This document shows positions 1-11,749 of a DNA stretch of 64,000 bases, in pieces (position 1 is the stretch's first letter; each line of letters opens with the position of its first letter). Below the pieces are notes generated by a model. That model ran no database searches and was not told the DNA's origin. It saw nothing but the letters and a program-made list of their open reading frames with translations. The stretch comes from an uncultured Phycisphaeraceae bacterium (GTDB lineage Bacteria; Planctomycetota; Phycisphaerae; Phycisphaerales; Phycisphaeraceae). A program made the position numbers and the translations under genes. Location of the stretch: NCBI GenBank assembly GCA_963799335.1, contig CAWCWR010000001.1, positions 436,414-500,413 on the forward strand. The letters are read 5' to 3'.

Positions 1-1391
1 CCGACGTAGCTGCGGTCCAACCCGACTTGAGCGGCAAGTTGCTCTTGACTCCATCCTCTCTGGGCACGCAACTCGCGAACGCGACGGCCGAACGAAATTT
101 TTATATTCGGGCGGCTCATCCGACAATTGTCGGGGCTGGGTACTTCACGTCCACGGACTTTGAGTACCCGTCCGGTCGGGTTATCATTAGTGCATGTCAA
201 AGTCGTTCGCCGAATTTTTTGCCGGGATCGGCTTGGTTCATCGCGGTCTGGCCGTGGGAGACTGGCGTTGCGTATACGCCAACGATATTGAGCGCAAAAA
301 AGCAGCAGATGTATGAAGCCGAGTTTGGCCTTGGAACGCCGTTTCATTTGGAAGACGTGTGGGCCACGGACCGGGTGCTCGATTCCATAGTGGATACGCC
401 GTTTTTGGCGACCGCTTCCCTTCCTTGCACGGACTTGTCGCTGGCGGGCCATTGTAGGGGGCTGGGCGGCCAACATTCATCCACGTATTTCGGTTTTGTC
501 GAGGTTCTAAAGCGGCTTGGCAATCAGCGACCGAAGGTCGTGATGCTGGAAAATGTGGTGGGTTTTTTGACCTCCCATCAAGGCGATGATTTTGCGACCG
601 CGGTCACGGTAATGTCCGAACTGGGCTATTGGATCGATGCTTTTGTACTGGACGCAAAATGGTTCGTGCCACAAAGCCGACCCCGTACGTTTGTATTTGG
701 ATATCACGAATCACTGGTGTCGCCGCTCCTACACCGCCGGCCCGTGGGCTTTAACTTTGACCAGGCGTGGAACCAGTCGATCCAACGAACCGCCATTCTG
801 CGGCCTCAACCTCTGCTGACCCTTTACGATCGCATCGATCTCCCTACCGGTTGGGTCACCCTCGATTTCGCTCTGCCCACGCCACAGACTTATGATCTCA
901 AGGATTTCATCGATCTGGACGATGAGCAGGCATGGTGGGATCCCAGCACAACCCTACACCATCTGGACACCATGGAATCACCTTCGCGTCGTCGAGTCGA
1001 AGAGGCTATGGCTGGTCAACAAACCATGATCGGTACCGCATTCCGTCGTACCCGCCGAGGCAAAACCCGCTGCGAAGTCCGTTTTGATATGGCTGGCTGC
1101 CTGCGTACACCGAAGGGCGGCAGTGCGAAACAAATTGTGGTGGTGATCGAATTGGGTCGAGTGCGAATGCGTTGGATGAATGGCCGGGAATACGCGCGAT
1201 TGCAGGGTGCAGCGGACTACGCCATCACCGTTCCGCCGACTCAGGCAATGTACGGATTCGGTGACGCGGTCTGTGTGCCAGCGATCGAATGGATTGACCA
1301 AAACATTTTGACGCCGATTTATCAAGATCACTTACATAGTAAGTCTGAGTTCAAGAGTCGCGATCATTTTAGAACTACCGTCCCAAATTAG
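1..1391 (+). CDS. DNA (cytosine-5)-methyltransferase, 5' end truncated by the window edge
   Basis: The frame is open from position 3. C5-MTase motifs are present: PC motif (LPCTDLSLAGHCRG), ENV motif (VVMLENVVGF), a Q.R.R motif (QSRPRTFVFGY) and a C-terminal GDAVCVPAIEWI motif. The F.G.GG motif I is not seen, so the N-terminus lies upstream of the window. Confidence 0.8.
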   Translation, partial: DVAAVQPDLSGKLLLTPSSLGTQLANATAERNFYIRAAHPTIVGAGYFTSTDFEYPSGRVIISACQSRSPNFLPGSAWFIAVWPWETGVAYTPTILSAKKQQMYEAEFGLGTPFHLEDVWATDRVLDSIVDTPFLATASLPCTDLSLAGHCRGLGGQHSSTYFGFVEVLKRLGNQRPKVVMLENVVGFLTSHQGDDFATAVTVMSELGYWIDAFVLDAKWFVPQSRPRTFVFGYHESLVSPLLHRRPVGFNFDQAWNQSIQRTAILRPQPLLTLYDRIDLPTGWVTLDFALPTPQTYDLKDFIDLDDEQAWWDPSTTLHHLDTMESPSRRRVEEAMAGQQTMIGTAFRRTRRGKTRCEVRFDMAGCLRTPKGGSAKQIVVVIELGRVRMRWMNGREYARLQGAADYAITVPPTQAMYGFGDAVCVPAIEWIDQNILTPIYQDHLHSKSEFKSRDHFRTTVPN

Positions 1392-1471
1392 TATGTGGAG
1401 AAGCGAAAAACGGTTTCTAATCAAAATTTTAGGGATAGTCGAATTCGGCTGAAATCGGTCTCGTCAATGAG

Positions 1472-2458
<987 letters not shown>

Positions 2459-2692
2459 GGCCGCGGAGGCGTCCTGAACTTCTTTGATCAGCGTCTCGGG
2501 GTCGATCGACGCCAGGGGGGGCCGATGGTCGTCGGCGGTCGGGGGGGCGCGTCGCTCATGGCCGACAGTATAAGCACCGCCGATCCGACCTCGGTGGTGG
2601 CGGCGGCGGACGGCAATTCTGTGTGGGCAATGCGAACATTTTTTTTATCAATTTGCCCCGACTTGATCCGGTGCGAATCGCGATAGGACTTT

Positions 2693-5065
2693 ATGATGCG
2701 GGCCATGAACCATCCCGATCCCGCATCTCGTTTCTCGACCTTTCGTTTCCCTATCTCCACCCTTACCTTGGTGGTGGCTGCGACGGCGACCCCGCGGGCG
2801 CTGGGCGCGGTCAGCGACTTCGACCCCGGGTCCGGCGACAGCGTGGTGATCGACACCACCGCGCCCAACCCCGACACCGGCCAGATCATTGCCGACGAAG
2901 GTCCGATCACCCTCGACGTCCGCCCCGGGGCGATCCTCAACAGCGGCACCTCCACCGGCGTGCTCCTGGATTTCGGCTCGGTGGTCGATCTCGACGGCAC
3001 AATCACCGCGACCAATGTCGGCCTGGACGGTCGCAACGCGACCACCGACAGCTTCTTCACCATCAGCGGCACCCTGAGCGTCTCCAACCCCACCGGCGAA
3101 GCCCTCTACTTCGGCACCGGCGACGACACCCTCGTCCTCGAGCCGGGCTACAGCATCACCGGCAACGTGATCGACACCGGCGGCTTTGACACCATCGTCC
3201 TGGGCGGGGATTCGGGCAGCGCAACGTTTAACCTCAACAACATCGGCGCCGCCGCCCAGTACCGCAGCTTCGGCGCCCTCCGCAAGGACGGCGACTCCAC
3301 CTGGACCGTCGTCGGCGCCAACAGTCTGGACTTCGCCGTAACCCAGGGCACGCTGACCAACAACGGCTCGATCAACGGCACGACCAACCTCACCGGCGGG
3401 AACTTGCGTGGCACCGGTAGCTACAACGACCTGTTTGTCCGCGGCGGCAACTTCAGCCCCGGGGCGGGCAACGACATCGCCACCGTCACCGCCAACTCAC
3501 TGAGCGTGCTGGACGACGGCGTGTTCCGCGCCGACATCGACGGCGACGGCAGCCGCGACGTGGTCAATGTCACCGGCAGCGTCTTGTTTAACGCCGGCAC
3601 GACCATCCAGGTCAACGTCGTGGACGACGGCAACCTCATCGACGACGGCGACGAATGGGCGGTCCTCTCGGCCGCCAGCATCACCGACAACGGCGCGACG
3701 ATCACCGACAACTTCGCCGGGTTTAACTTCACCCGCGAACTGCGCAGCAGCGCCACCGGCCTCGTGCTCATCGCCAATCAGGCGGACCTCGAAGACAACG
3801 CGCTCAGCCCCACCGGCCGAACCGTCGGCCGAACGCTGGATAACGAAACCCTGCCTGCGACCGACCTCGACGGCTTCATCAACCGCGTCGGCAACCTCTC
3901 AATCACCAATGCCGAGCGGGCCCTGGTCGCCTCTACCCCCCGCAACGTCGCCGCCACCCGCGCCACCCAGATCCGCACCACCCAGCGTTTCCAAACCGGC
4001 CTGTCGGACTACCTCCACGGCAAGCGCCTGGGCCTGCCCCAGCTCTCCCAGCGCACCGCGCCGGGCCGGACCGTCGGCAGCACGCAGCTCGCCTCCGCCG
4101 CGGCGACCGACCCCTACACCCTCGCCGCGTACTTCGCCCAGGCCGACACCGATCCGAACGATCCCGACCGTGTCGCGACCCCCACCGCCGCGCCGTCGCT
4201 CGACGGTCGATCCGACGATTCGCCTTGGGGCGGCTTCGGCGCGGTCTACGCCGTGTTCGACCAGATCGACGCCAGCGAAGACACCCTGGGCACCGACGCG
4301 TTCACCTACGCCGGCCAGATCGGACTGGACTACCGCATCGACGACGCCTGGCTCGCCGGGGTGAGCTTCAGCTACGCCAACAGCGACATCGACTTCGACA
4401 ACCGCCTGGGCGACAGCAACGGGAGCACCGAGTCCGACACCTTCCGCGTCGGGCCTTACGCCAGCTTCGCCGACGGCCCCTGGGCCCTCGACGCATCGCT
4501 GACCTACGCGCTGCACGACAACGACCTGACCCGCGACAACCTCGCCACCGGCGACCGCTTCGCCGCCGACTACGACGGCCAGGACATCGCCGCTTACCTC
4601 GGCCTGGGCTACACCGTCGATCTCGACGACAAGCTCGAAGGCTGGAAGCTCACCCCCCGCGTCTCGGCCCAGTACGTCTACACCTGGACCGACGCATATA
4701 CCGAGTCCGGCGGCGGCGGGGCCCTATCGGTCGAAGACTCCGAATTCGACTCTCTGCGCGGCACCTTCGGCGTCCGCCTGGCCAAGCTCTGCCGGGTCGG
4801 CGATCTGCGCGTCATGCCCCGGGCCGAAGTCGGCTATGCCCACGAATTCCTCGACACCACCGATGACCTCAACGCCCGCTTCGTCGGCGGAGGCAACGGC
4901 TTCACCCTCGCCGCCGCGGGCCGTGACGAAGACAGCATCTACTACACCGCCGGCCTCACCGCGCTGATCAACGACGACACCTCCCTGGACCTGAGCTACT
5001 TCGGCGAGACCTCCGACGACCAGCAGACCGACGCGGTCCGCCTCGCGCTACGCTTCGATTTCTAA
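2693..5065 (+). CDS. Autotransporter outer-membrane protein (passenger domain plus C-terminal beta-barrel)
   Basis: N-terminal signal-like segment, a Gly/Thr/Asn-rich repetitive passenger, and a C-terminal barrel with alternating aromatic residues that ends in a terminal Phe (LALRFDF). Confidence 0.8.
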   Translation: MMRAMNHPDPASRFSTFRFPISTLTLVVAATATPRALGAVSDFDPGSGDSVVIDTTAPNPDTGQIIADEGPITLDVRPGAILNSGTSTGVLLDFGSVVDLDGTITATNVGLDGRNATTDSFFTISGTLSVSNPTGEALYFGTGDDTLVLEPGYSITGNVIDTGGFDTIVLGGDSGSATFNLNNIGAAAQYRSFGALRKDGDSTWTVVGANSLDFAVTQGTLTNNGSINGTTNLTGGNLRGTGSYNDLFVRGGNFSPGAGNDIATVTANSLSVLDDGVFRADIDGDGSRDVVNVTGSVLFNAGTTIQVNVVDDGNLIDDGDEWAVLSAASITDNGATITDNFAGFNFTRELRSSATGLVLIANQADLEDNALSPTGRTVGRTLDNETLPATDLDGFINRVGNLSITNAERALVASTPRNVAATRATQIRTTQRFQTGLSDYLHGKRLGLPQLSQRTAPGRTVGSTQLASAAATDPYTLAAYFAQADTDPNDPDRVATPTAAPSLDGRSDDSPWGGFGAVYAVFDQIDASEDTLGTDAFTYAGQIGLDYRIDDAWLAGVSFSYANSDIDFDNRLGDSNGSTESDTFRVGPYASFADGPWALDASLTYALHDNDLTRDNLATGDRFAADYDGQDIAAYLGLGYTVDLDDKLEGWKLTPRVSAQYVYTWTDAYTESGGGGALSVEDSEFDSLRGTFGVRLAKLCRVGDLRVMPRAEVGYAHEFLDTTDDLNARFVGGGNGFTLAAAGRDEDSIYYTAGLTALINDDTSLDLSYFGETSDDQQTDAVRLALRFDF

Positions 5066-5094
5066 TTTAACCAGATTTCCGATTCGCCCTTCAA

Positions 5095-5135
5095 TCTGTG
5101 AATCCCACCCCGCGGCAGGGTGGGATTCAGACTTA
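5095..5135 (+). terminator. Hairpin downstream of the autotransporter gene (gaatcccaccc-cgcggca-gggtgggattc)
   Basis: An 11-bp perfect stem is read directly. No U-tract follows, so this is possibly a Rho-assisted or stabilising hairpin. Confidence 0.4.
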
Positions 5136-5179
5136 AGAATCCTTCACCCCATTTAATCACGCGCTACCTGCCAGCGGCA

Positions 5180-5672
5180 GCGCGTGGATGCCCAAGTGGT
5201 TGCCGTTGGCCCGCTGGGTTCCCGGTATGCCGCCGTGGATCGGACGGTTGAGCGTCACCGGCCGACCCGCCGCTCGTCCGCCACGATCAGCGCCGACGAA
5301 CCGCCGCCGTCCATGTTCAATCCGTCGGTCGCCCCGAGTTCACGCCAGCAGGTGCGCCAGCGTGTCAGCCCGCACGCCATCGCTATGGCCCGGCTGTCGC
5401 CCGTCGATCACCAACACGTAGAGGTAGCCGCCGCTGGGCGTCCAGACCCAGAGCCGTACGTGGGTGGTGGCCCCGCGCCGGCCGACGCAGCGCCGGCGTA
5501 TCCTCAATCACCCGGCCCTTCGCGGAGAATGCGGGTAGATAGCCCGCCACCGCGAGGTACGCCTCCGGGTCGTCCCGCCCCGCGTCGATCAAGAACGGCC
5601 GACCGTCGCGGGTCACGGCAAACGCCGGGAAGTCACCCGCCGCCTCCGACACCCGTCGACCGCGGTCCATGC
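5180..5672 (-). pseudogene. Second phosphodiester glycosidase-like domain, split over at least 3 frames
   Basis: By hand translation of the minus strand in three frames I obtain FPAFAVTRDGRPFLIDAGRDDPEAYLAVAGYLPAFSAKGRVIED, then YLYVLVIDGRQPGHSDGVRADTLAHLLA, then ELGATDGLNMDGGGSSALIVADE, then VTLNRPIHGGIPGTQRANGNHLGIHALPLAG. Together these reconstitute a NAGPA-type domain. Confidence 0.45.
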
Positions 5673-6968
5673 TTAGTCCGAAGACGTCCTGCCCAGGCCC
5701 GGTTCCTGCACCACGGGCGTGAACGTTGAGGCGTTGACCGCCATCTCCACGTCAAATTCATCGAGAAATGCTGAGGCGGTCTGCGACAACGTCTCGTCCG
5801 GCTCCCCCCCCTCTTCCCCCCGCCCTTCGCCCCGCCCGGAGTCGGCGGCGGCGGGGTGATGGCCGACACCGCCGGGGTGGTGACAAAGGCGATCCCCTCC
5901 GCCCGGGTATCGATCCGCAACGCCTGACCGGCAATCGGGTAGGGCTGATCCACCGTGAAAGCCAGGTGATCGACGCCGGAAATCGCGGGGACCAGGCCAC
6001 CGCCAACGTCGGCCGCGGCGCCGGGCCCCAAGGCCGCGGGGTCGTCGCGGCATCACCAAGACCGCCAGCCGTAGCGGACGCAGGCCCTCGTGATCGAAGG
6101 TTTTGTTGTCGGTCGGATAATTCATCACGCCGTTGCCCGGCCCGTCGGCGAGCCACATCGTCGTCGAGCCGCCGCCGTCGAGTTCCATCGCGTCGGTGCA
6201 GCCCAGGCCGATCATCAACTCCGCGGCCTCGGCGAGGGTCATGCCCACGGCATGCTCGGGGAACCGGCCGTTGACCGTCACCAGCACCGCGGTCCGCTCG
6301 CGGTCACCCCGATAAGCGTCCGCGGGTGACGCTTGAACGTGAGGTGTCGGACCGTCTCGTAGTTGAGATATTCGCCGTCGCCCCGTCGAGGTGACCAGCG
6401 GATTGACCTGCCCGTCGATGACCAGTCGGCTGCCGCCCGCCATGGCGTCGACGACTTCGGGCCAGTCCGCGTCCCAGCGGCAGTCGGCCGCGTCGGGTCG
6501 ATCCCCACGGGCCCGGAAGTGCCAGCCACCCCGGGCGTCGATCCCGACCGCGTTGCGGCCGTGGCCCTCGACGGTTTCGTGAAACGCCATGTCGTTGACA
6601 AACGGCCAGACCTGCCCGCCAAATTTCATTATCCCGTAGCCCACCTCCGGATGCTTACGCCCCGGGGCGAAACCCCCGTTGATCGCCGCCAACGCGCCGA
6701 CCTTCGCCGCCAGGTCCGGGATCGGCTGGCGGGTTTGCTCCCACACGTCCGCGGCGGTCAGCTGCAGCCGCACCGCCGGGCTGTCGGCCTCCACCCGCAG
6801 CACATTGACGATCTGCGGGTCCCCGAACAGCCGGGCAAGATCGTAACGCTCGTAGGTCAGCCCCGGCTGCATCTCGCGGACCACGTGCCGCGTCGGCATC
6901 AGCTCAACTGTCGCCTGCGCCGCGACACCCGACGGCAGCAGACACGCCGCCAGCAGCGGCAGCGTCAC
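5673..6968 (-). CDS. Phosphodiester glycosidase family protein (NAGPA-like domain); reading frame lost after about residue 300
   Basis: Signal peptide MTLPLLAACLLPSGVAAQA, then AINGGF and MELDGGGSTTM motifs. After ...NKTFDHEGLRPLRLAVLVMP the frame degenerates into Arg-rich nonsense, while alternative frames (e.g. the 5633-6031 track ORF) carry protein-like sequence. Confidence 0.6.
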   Translation of the reverse strand: MTLPLLAACLLPSGVAAQATVELMPTRHVVREMQPGLTYERYDLARLFGDPQIVNVLRVEADSPAVRLQLTAADVWEQTRQPIPDLAAKVGALAAINGGFAPGRKHPEVGYGIMKFGGQVWPFVNDMAFHETVEGHGRNAVGIDARGGWHFRARGDRPDAADCRWDADWPEVVDAMAGGSRLVIDGQVNPLVTSTGRRRISQLRDGPTPHVQASPADAYRGDRERTAVLVTVNGRFPEHAVGMTLAEAAELMIGLGCTDAMELDGGGSTTMWLADGPGNGVMNYPTDNKTFDHEGLRPLRLAVLVMPRRPRGLGARRRGRRWRWPGPRDFRRRSPGFHGGSALPDCRSGVADRYPGGGDRLCHHPGGVGHHPAAADSGRGEGRGEEGGEPDETLSQTASAFLDEFDVEMAVNASTFTPVVQEPGLGRTSSD

Positions 6969-7905
6969 CCCGATTTGGTCGGTGGTTGAAAACCCCTTGA
7001 GTAAAACTAGAACACATCATGGAAAGGGTCTCGTATTTTACACGGGGACAAAAAGAGGGGGGGTTTAATGGAACCACGGCCGACCGGGACGCAGGCTGCG
7101 GGTGGCGGGAGTTGATCGCCGTCGCCGGTGTGGAAGTGCGGCTTGAGAAACGCCTCGCCGTCGACGTCGTCCCAGTCCGCGGAGACCGTCGAAGGCGCGG
7201 CGGAGTGGCGTAAAAGTCCGGCAGGATTTTCCAACGGGCGCTGCCGTCGAGTCGGCCCACGTTGGCCCCCGCGGGGATGAGGCTCTGGTTGACGTGGCCG
7301 CGGTAGAGTTGCACTTCCCAGGGCGAGGCCACCGCCAGGCTCGAAAGGTTGAGCACCAGATCCGCGATCACGGTCTTGGTGTTATCCAGGTCGTCGATGG
7401 TGTCGGGCCGATCCTCATCGGCGACGTAGGCTCACGGTATTCCACTGGTAGCCGGTGAAGAAGGTGTCGCGGGGTAGCCGTAGCTGCTGTGCGGGGGTAA
7501 TTGATCGAGGCCCTCGATTTGGTCGGAGGTAAAGGCGGTGGTGTTGTTGCGGAAGCCGCTGCAATGCAGCAGCCGGCGATCGCTGACGTAGAGGTCCAGC
7601 AGATCGCGTGCGGGCCGTGGATAAAGAAGCTCAAGATCTCGGTCGCCAGCGGCAGGTCCCGACGGGGCGGGGGCGGGGCAGACGGGCTAAAGAGCCGGCC
7701 GTCTTCGTCGGCGGCGTAGGCGAACTGGGCGACCAGGAGCTGATGCACCTGCGAGTTGCACGCCGTCCGCTGGGCCGACTCGCGGGCCGACGCCCAGCAC
7801 CGGCAAGAGGATACCCATCAGCAGGCTGATGATCGAAATCACCACCAGCAGCTCGATCAGCGTAAACGCGGAACGAGATGAGCCACGGCTTTTGATACTT
7901 TCGGT
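6904..7905 (-). pseudogene. DUF1559 / prepilin-type N-terminal methylation plus H-X9-DG domain protein, multiple frameshifts
   Basis: Minus-strand N-terminus MTPKVSKA..(shift)..[28 protein letters not shown] further shift precedes QVHQLLVAQFAYAADEDGRLF. The C-terminal fragment (track ORF 6904-7371) reads LYRGHVNQSLIPAGANVGRLDGSARW. Segments lie in at least 3 frames. Confidence 0.6.
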
Positions 7906-7996
7906 GTCATGTTTCTATCGTTTCTTGGTTTTTAAGAAGACCGGATGCCGGGTCGAGACACCCGATCTTGATTGATCGTTTTGTCAACGGGTTGAA

Positions 7997-8941
7997 TCAG
8001 CCGCGCACGTTTCGCCGCCGGCCGAGCAGGCCCGCCCCGCCCGCCGCGAGCAGCAAGACACTGGCGGGCTCGGGGATCGACGGTGTCACGTCGGCAAAGG
8101 TGGTGCCCAGGCGCAGTTCGTCGTAGTCCGTCGAGTAGCGGCTGTGGATCTGCAACGTGTTGAGCACCAGGTCGATGTCGCTTTCCAGGAAGATGTCGGG
8201 GCTGCCCGTCGGCTCGTCGGTCAGGTCGGGGTTCAGCCAGACGCTGACCTGGTCGGCCTGCAGGAGGGCGGCGTCGCGGAAGTCGATCCGCGCGAGGAAC
8301 ATGACGGGGTTTTCCGAGTCGATGTTGCTGCGGACGGTGGGGACCTGCACGCCCCAGTCGTCGGGCGTGCCGTTGATTTTGCCGAAGAAGACGCCGTCGT
8401 TGCCCTTGCCGTCGGTCAGCCCGACGCGGCTGTAGCGGCTGCTCTCGCCGTTGGAGGACTGGGCCAAGAAGCTGAACCATGCGGTCGTGCCGGTCGCGCC
8501 CAACGACGCCGGGAGGTCCAGCGTGCGGAACTCGCGGTTGAAGTTGCCAAAGGCCCCGCGGTACTGATTGCCGACCGTCGTCAGGGTCTGGCCCCGCGCG
8601 TCGCGGTAGCCCAGCGGGCTGCGGCCGCACGCTAAATCGTAATCGGCAAAGTCTCCGGGATCGCTGACGTCGGCGATGCCGCCGCTCACCGATCACGCAC
8701 CCGGCCTTGATCGTCCACCAAGACGTTGCTCTGATCGTCCCAGGCCTCGCTGAAGCCGCTGCCGCCGTTGAGCCCGCCGATGCCCTGAATCGTTTCGGGC
8801 GCGACGCTGCCGTCAAACCACTGCTGACGCGGGTAGTCGAAGCCTTCGTACGCCAGCAGTTCTGCCGACGCCGGCCCCGCGAGCAGCGTGCCGCCCACCA
8901 GGTCGCGCCATCGATGCCAGTTTCCGGGGCTTCACCTTCAT
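7997..8941 (-). pseudogene. PEP-CTERM sorting-domain protein, at least 2 frameshifts
   Basis: Signal peptide reconstructed as MKVKPRKLASMA..(shift)..LVGGTLLAGPASAELLAYEGFDY. A second shift falls near 8690. The C-terminus IPEPASVLLLAAGGAGLLGRRRNVRG is a PEP-CTERM anchor. Confidence 0.6.
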
Positions 8942-9158
8942 GAATAATTCGATACATATCATTATCGTTTCCTCCGAGATTTCATCGTTGATCCGGGCAC
9001 GCGAAACCGCTCCGTCAGCCCACGGGCGGTAGCCTAAAACCGCGGCGCAAGCCGACGATTGGCATAGGGTGAGACCCCGGTTATTTCTGGGTCAGCATCC
9101 CGTTAATCAGATGAGGAATGCGTCTGACCCCAATCAAGACGACTGACTAAACTGCCTC

Positions 9159-10130
9159 ATGCCCGAATTGCCGGAAGTCGAGACCGTTCGCCGCACCGTC
9201 GCTGCGGCCGTGATAGGCCGTCCCCTGGGCACCCTCACCCTCCACCGCGCCGACGTGCTCCGCGATCCCGACGGCCTGGCCCCGCGATTGGCCCACCGCC
9301 GGGTCGTCGCAATCCTCCGCCACGGCAAGCAGCTCGCCCTCCACCTCGAAACCGACGCCATCGTCTGCGTCCACCTCGGCATGACCGGCCAACTCCGCAT
9401 CGTCCCCTCACCCCCCCTTCCTCCTCGATCGGGCGATGGTCTCACTTTTGCCTCCGCTCCCACCGATCCCCCCCTCCCGATTGATCCCCACGTCCACCTC
9501 GCATGGACACTGCCCGACCAGCTCACCCTCCATTTCCGCGACCCCCGGCGGTTCGGCGGCGTCTGGCTGTTTCGTAGCCAGCAGGACCTCCGCCGCGCGC
9601 GCTGGGGCCGCCTGGGTCCCGACGCCCTGGTCATCACGCCCACGCAACTCCACGCCGCGCTGACCCGCACGACCCGAGAGCTCAAGGCCGCGCTGCTGGA
9701 CCAACACCTCGTCGCGGGGCTGGGCAATATCTACGTCGATGAGCTGCTGTTTGCCGTCGGCCTGCACCCCCAGCGTCCCGCCCACACCGTGGATCGGGCC
9801 GACGGCGAACGCCTGGTCCGGGCCATGCGGCGCATCCTGGGCCGAGCGATCGACGCCGGCGGTTCGACCCTCCGCGATTACGTGGACGCCCGGGGCCGGG
9901 CCGGCGGGTTCCAAGCCCAGTTCAAAGCCTACGGCCGTTTCGGCCAACCCTGCCCCACCTGCCGACGCCCCCTGGACCGCCTCACCGTCGCCGGCCGCAC
10001 CACCACCGCTTGTGCCCACTGCCAAGCGACGGCCCCCCTCCGACGCCCTGACACGCCCTCTAAGCTCTCCGCCACCGAGCCTTACGGGGTGAACCCATCG
10101 CCACCGCTAACGGCTCAGCGACCCCCTTGA
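9159..10130 (+). CDS. mutM: Formamidopyrimidine-DNA glycosylase
   Basis: N-terminal MPELPEVETVRR with catalytic Pro2 and Glu3, the LGNIYVDE motif, and a C-terminal CxxC...CxxC zinc finger (CPTCRRPL...CAHC). Confidence 0.85.
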   Translation: MPELPEVETVRRTVAAAVIGRPLGTLTLHRADVLRDPDGLAPRLAHRRVVAILRHGKQLALHLETDAIVCVHLGMTGQLRIVPSPPLPPRSGDGLTFASAPTDPPLPIDPHVHLAWTLPDQLTLHFRDPRRFGGVWLFRSQQDLRRARWGRLGPDALVITPTQLHAALTRTTRELKAALLDQHLVAGLGNIYVDELLFAVGLHPQRPAHTVDRADGERLVRAMRRILGRAIDAGGSTLRDYVDARGRAGGFQAQFKAYGRFGQPCPTCRRPLDRLTVAGRTTTACAHCQATAPLRRPDTPSKLSATEPYGVNPSPPLTAQRPP

Positions 10131-10678
10131 CGCCACGTACCGGGTCACGGCCGCGACGGCGATCGATTGCCTCAAGCCGACGGTATCCCCGAGAGCCGAA
10201 AGCTGACCGTCGGGCGCGAAGGTTTGCGAAGAGTGAATAGAAATACTTCTCTCTTCTCTAGCAGATAGCGCTGGCGCGAAGTGGATAACCCGAGACGACA
10301 TCACCTTATCCATTGTGTTGTATCTATTTAGTGACTTAGTGTGGTGGGTCTAAGTTGACGCCTACGTCAGAGTTCGCCCGGATGCGCTGAGGTTCGCGCC
10401 GTCAGGGGACGCTGATCGAGACGTGACGTTGCAAAGCGCACGGCCGAGGGCCACTGCCACGGCGCGTCTCGGCGCGATCGGTCAGCTTATCCCCCACCCT
10501 TCCCCCGCTTTCGCGTCAGCCCGTTTGGATGGCTTCATTGATCCCGGAACAAAGCGAATAGGTGGTTCTCCACTTTGCATTGCTCCCCCTGTTTCACGAT
10601 CTGACCTAATCCTCATAACCCCACCCCCCATCCGGGACGGCACCAAACTGCGTCCGCCGGCCCGCCGATGAAAGGCGT

Positions 10679-11657
10679 ATGGTTGAAACCGCAGACCAAT
10701 GTCGCCGGGCCCTGACCGAACGCCTCGCAACCACCCGGCAACGGTCGGCGTTGCACGGCCAACTCACGATCACGGTCCTGCTCACGTTGGCGGTCGGTTT
10801 TGCTCTCGGCCGAGTCGATACCACCACCGCGTGGGGTTTTTACGGCTCGCTGGTGGTGCTGGCGGTGCTGGCGGGTCTCGGGGTGAGGCTGACGTGCCGC
10901 GGTATCGCGGCGCCGTACCTGCGGTTTGCCGATCAGCTCGACGGATTGGCGTTGAGTCAGCGTCACACTGCGTTGCGGGATTTGCCCACCGATCGCACCG
11001 ACGAGATTGGTCGCATGGCGGCCGCGGTCCGCGAGCTGGTGATCTACCGCATCCGCGATCAGCATGACGCGGGCCAGCTCCGCCGCACGCTGGACGACCG
11101 CGTGACCCGCGCCACCCAGCAGGCGGTCCAAAGCCTCGAAAAGATCGCCATGCGCGATCCGCTCACCGACCTGGGCAACCGCCGGTTTCTCGACGACCAG
11201 CTGCCCCGGCTCATCGAGGCCAGCGTCGCGTCGGACACCGATCTGGTGTGCGTGATGATTGATTTGGATAATTTCAAACCGGTCAACGACACCCTCGGCC
11301 ACGCGACGGGTGACGAGCTGCTGAAGTTGTTGGCGGGTCTCTTACAAAACGCTTGCCGCGAGGATGATTTGGCGATCCGGCTGGGCGGCGACGAGTTTAC
11401 CTTGTTCATGCCCGGGGCCGACTTGAATCGGGCCGAGCAGCTCACCGCGCGGGTCCGTCGGCGTTTCCGTGAGCGCTCCGCCGCAGCTGTTGGGGCCTTC
11501 TGTGACGGCGAATCTGTCCGTCGGCGTGGCTTCCATGATGATCGAAGGCTGCCCCGACGGCCAGACATTGATGGACCTGGCCGACCAATACCTCTATCAG
11601 GCCAAGCGCCAGGGCCGAGGTCAAACCTACACCCACCAAGGCCGCAGCACCGCGTGA
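10679..11657 (+). CDS. Membrane-anchored GGDEF-domain diguanylate cyclase, C-terminal frameshift near 11480
   Basis: Two transmembrane segments, then RDPLTDLGNRRFLDDQ...VCVMIDLDNFKPVNDTLGHATGDELL...RLGGDEFTLFMPG (GGDEF). The C-terminal SVGVASMMIEGCPDGQTLMDLADQYLYQAKRQGRGQ continues in the track ORF 11469-11657. Confidence 0.75.
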
Positions 11658-11749
11658 TCCCGCGGATCTCGGGGGGCCTTTCGCCGCCGGCGGTATTGCC
11701 CTGACCTTTTCACCGCTCGCTTCTTGGCCGACAACCCTAAACTTTTGCC

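Noticed and set aside
2488-4866. Many long ORFs on both strands overlapping the autotransporter gene (e.g. 2488-3093 -, 2623-3189 +, 3567-4364 +, 3899-4516 -, 4225-4866 +)
   Set aside because: Arg/Pro/Ala-rich translations with no domain-like sequence. These are typical stop-poor alternative frames of 70% GC DNA, and the autotransporter frame is the only one with coherent protein features.
9134-10025. Antisense ORFs (9134-9727 -, 9408-10025 -) inside mutM
   Set aside because: Low-complexity translations. mutM has the PELPEVE N-terminus and a zinc finger.
10423-10678. Possible c-di-GMP (GEMM) riboswitch in the 5' leader of the GGDEF gene
   Set aside because: I found a GGGACGGCACCAAACTGCGTCC segment but could not match the conserved GEMM stems or the GNRA and receptor elements. 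An Rfam covariance-model scan would be decisive, and I cannot support the call by eye.
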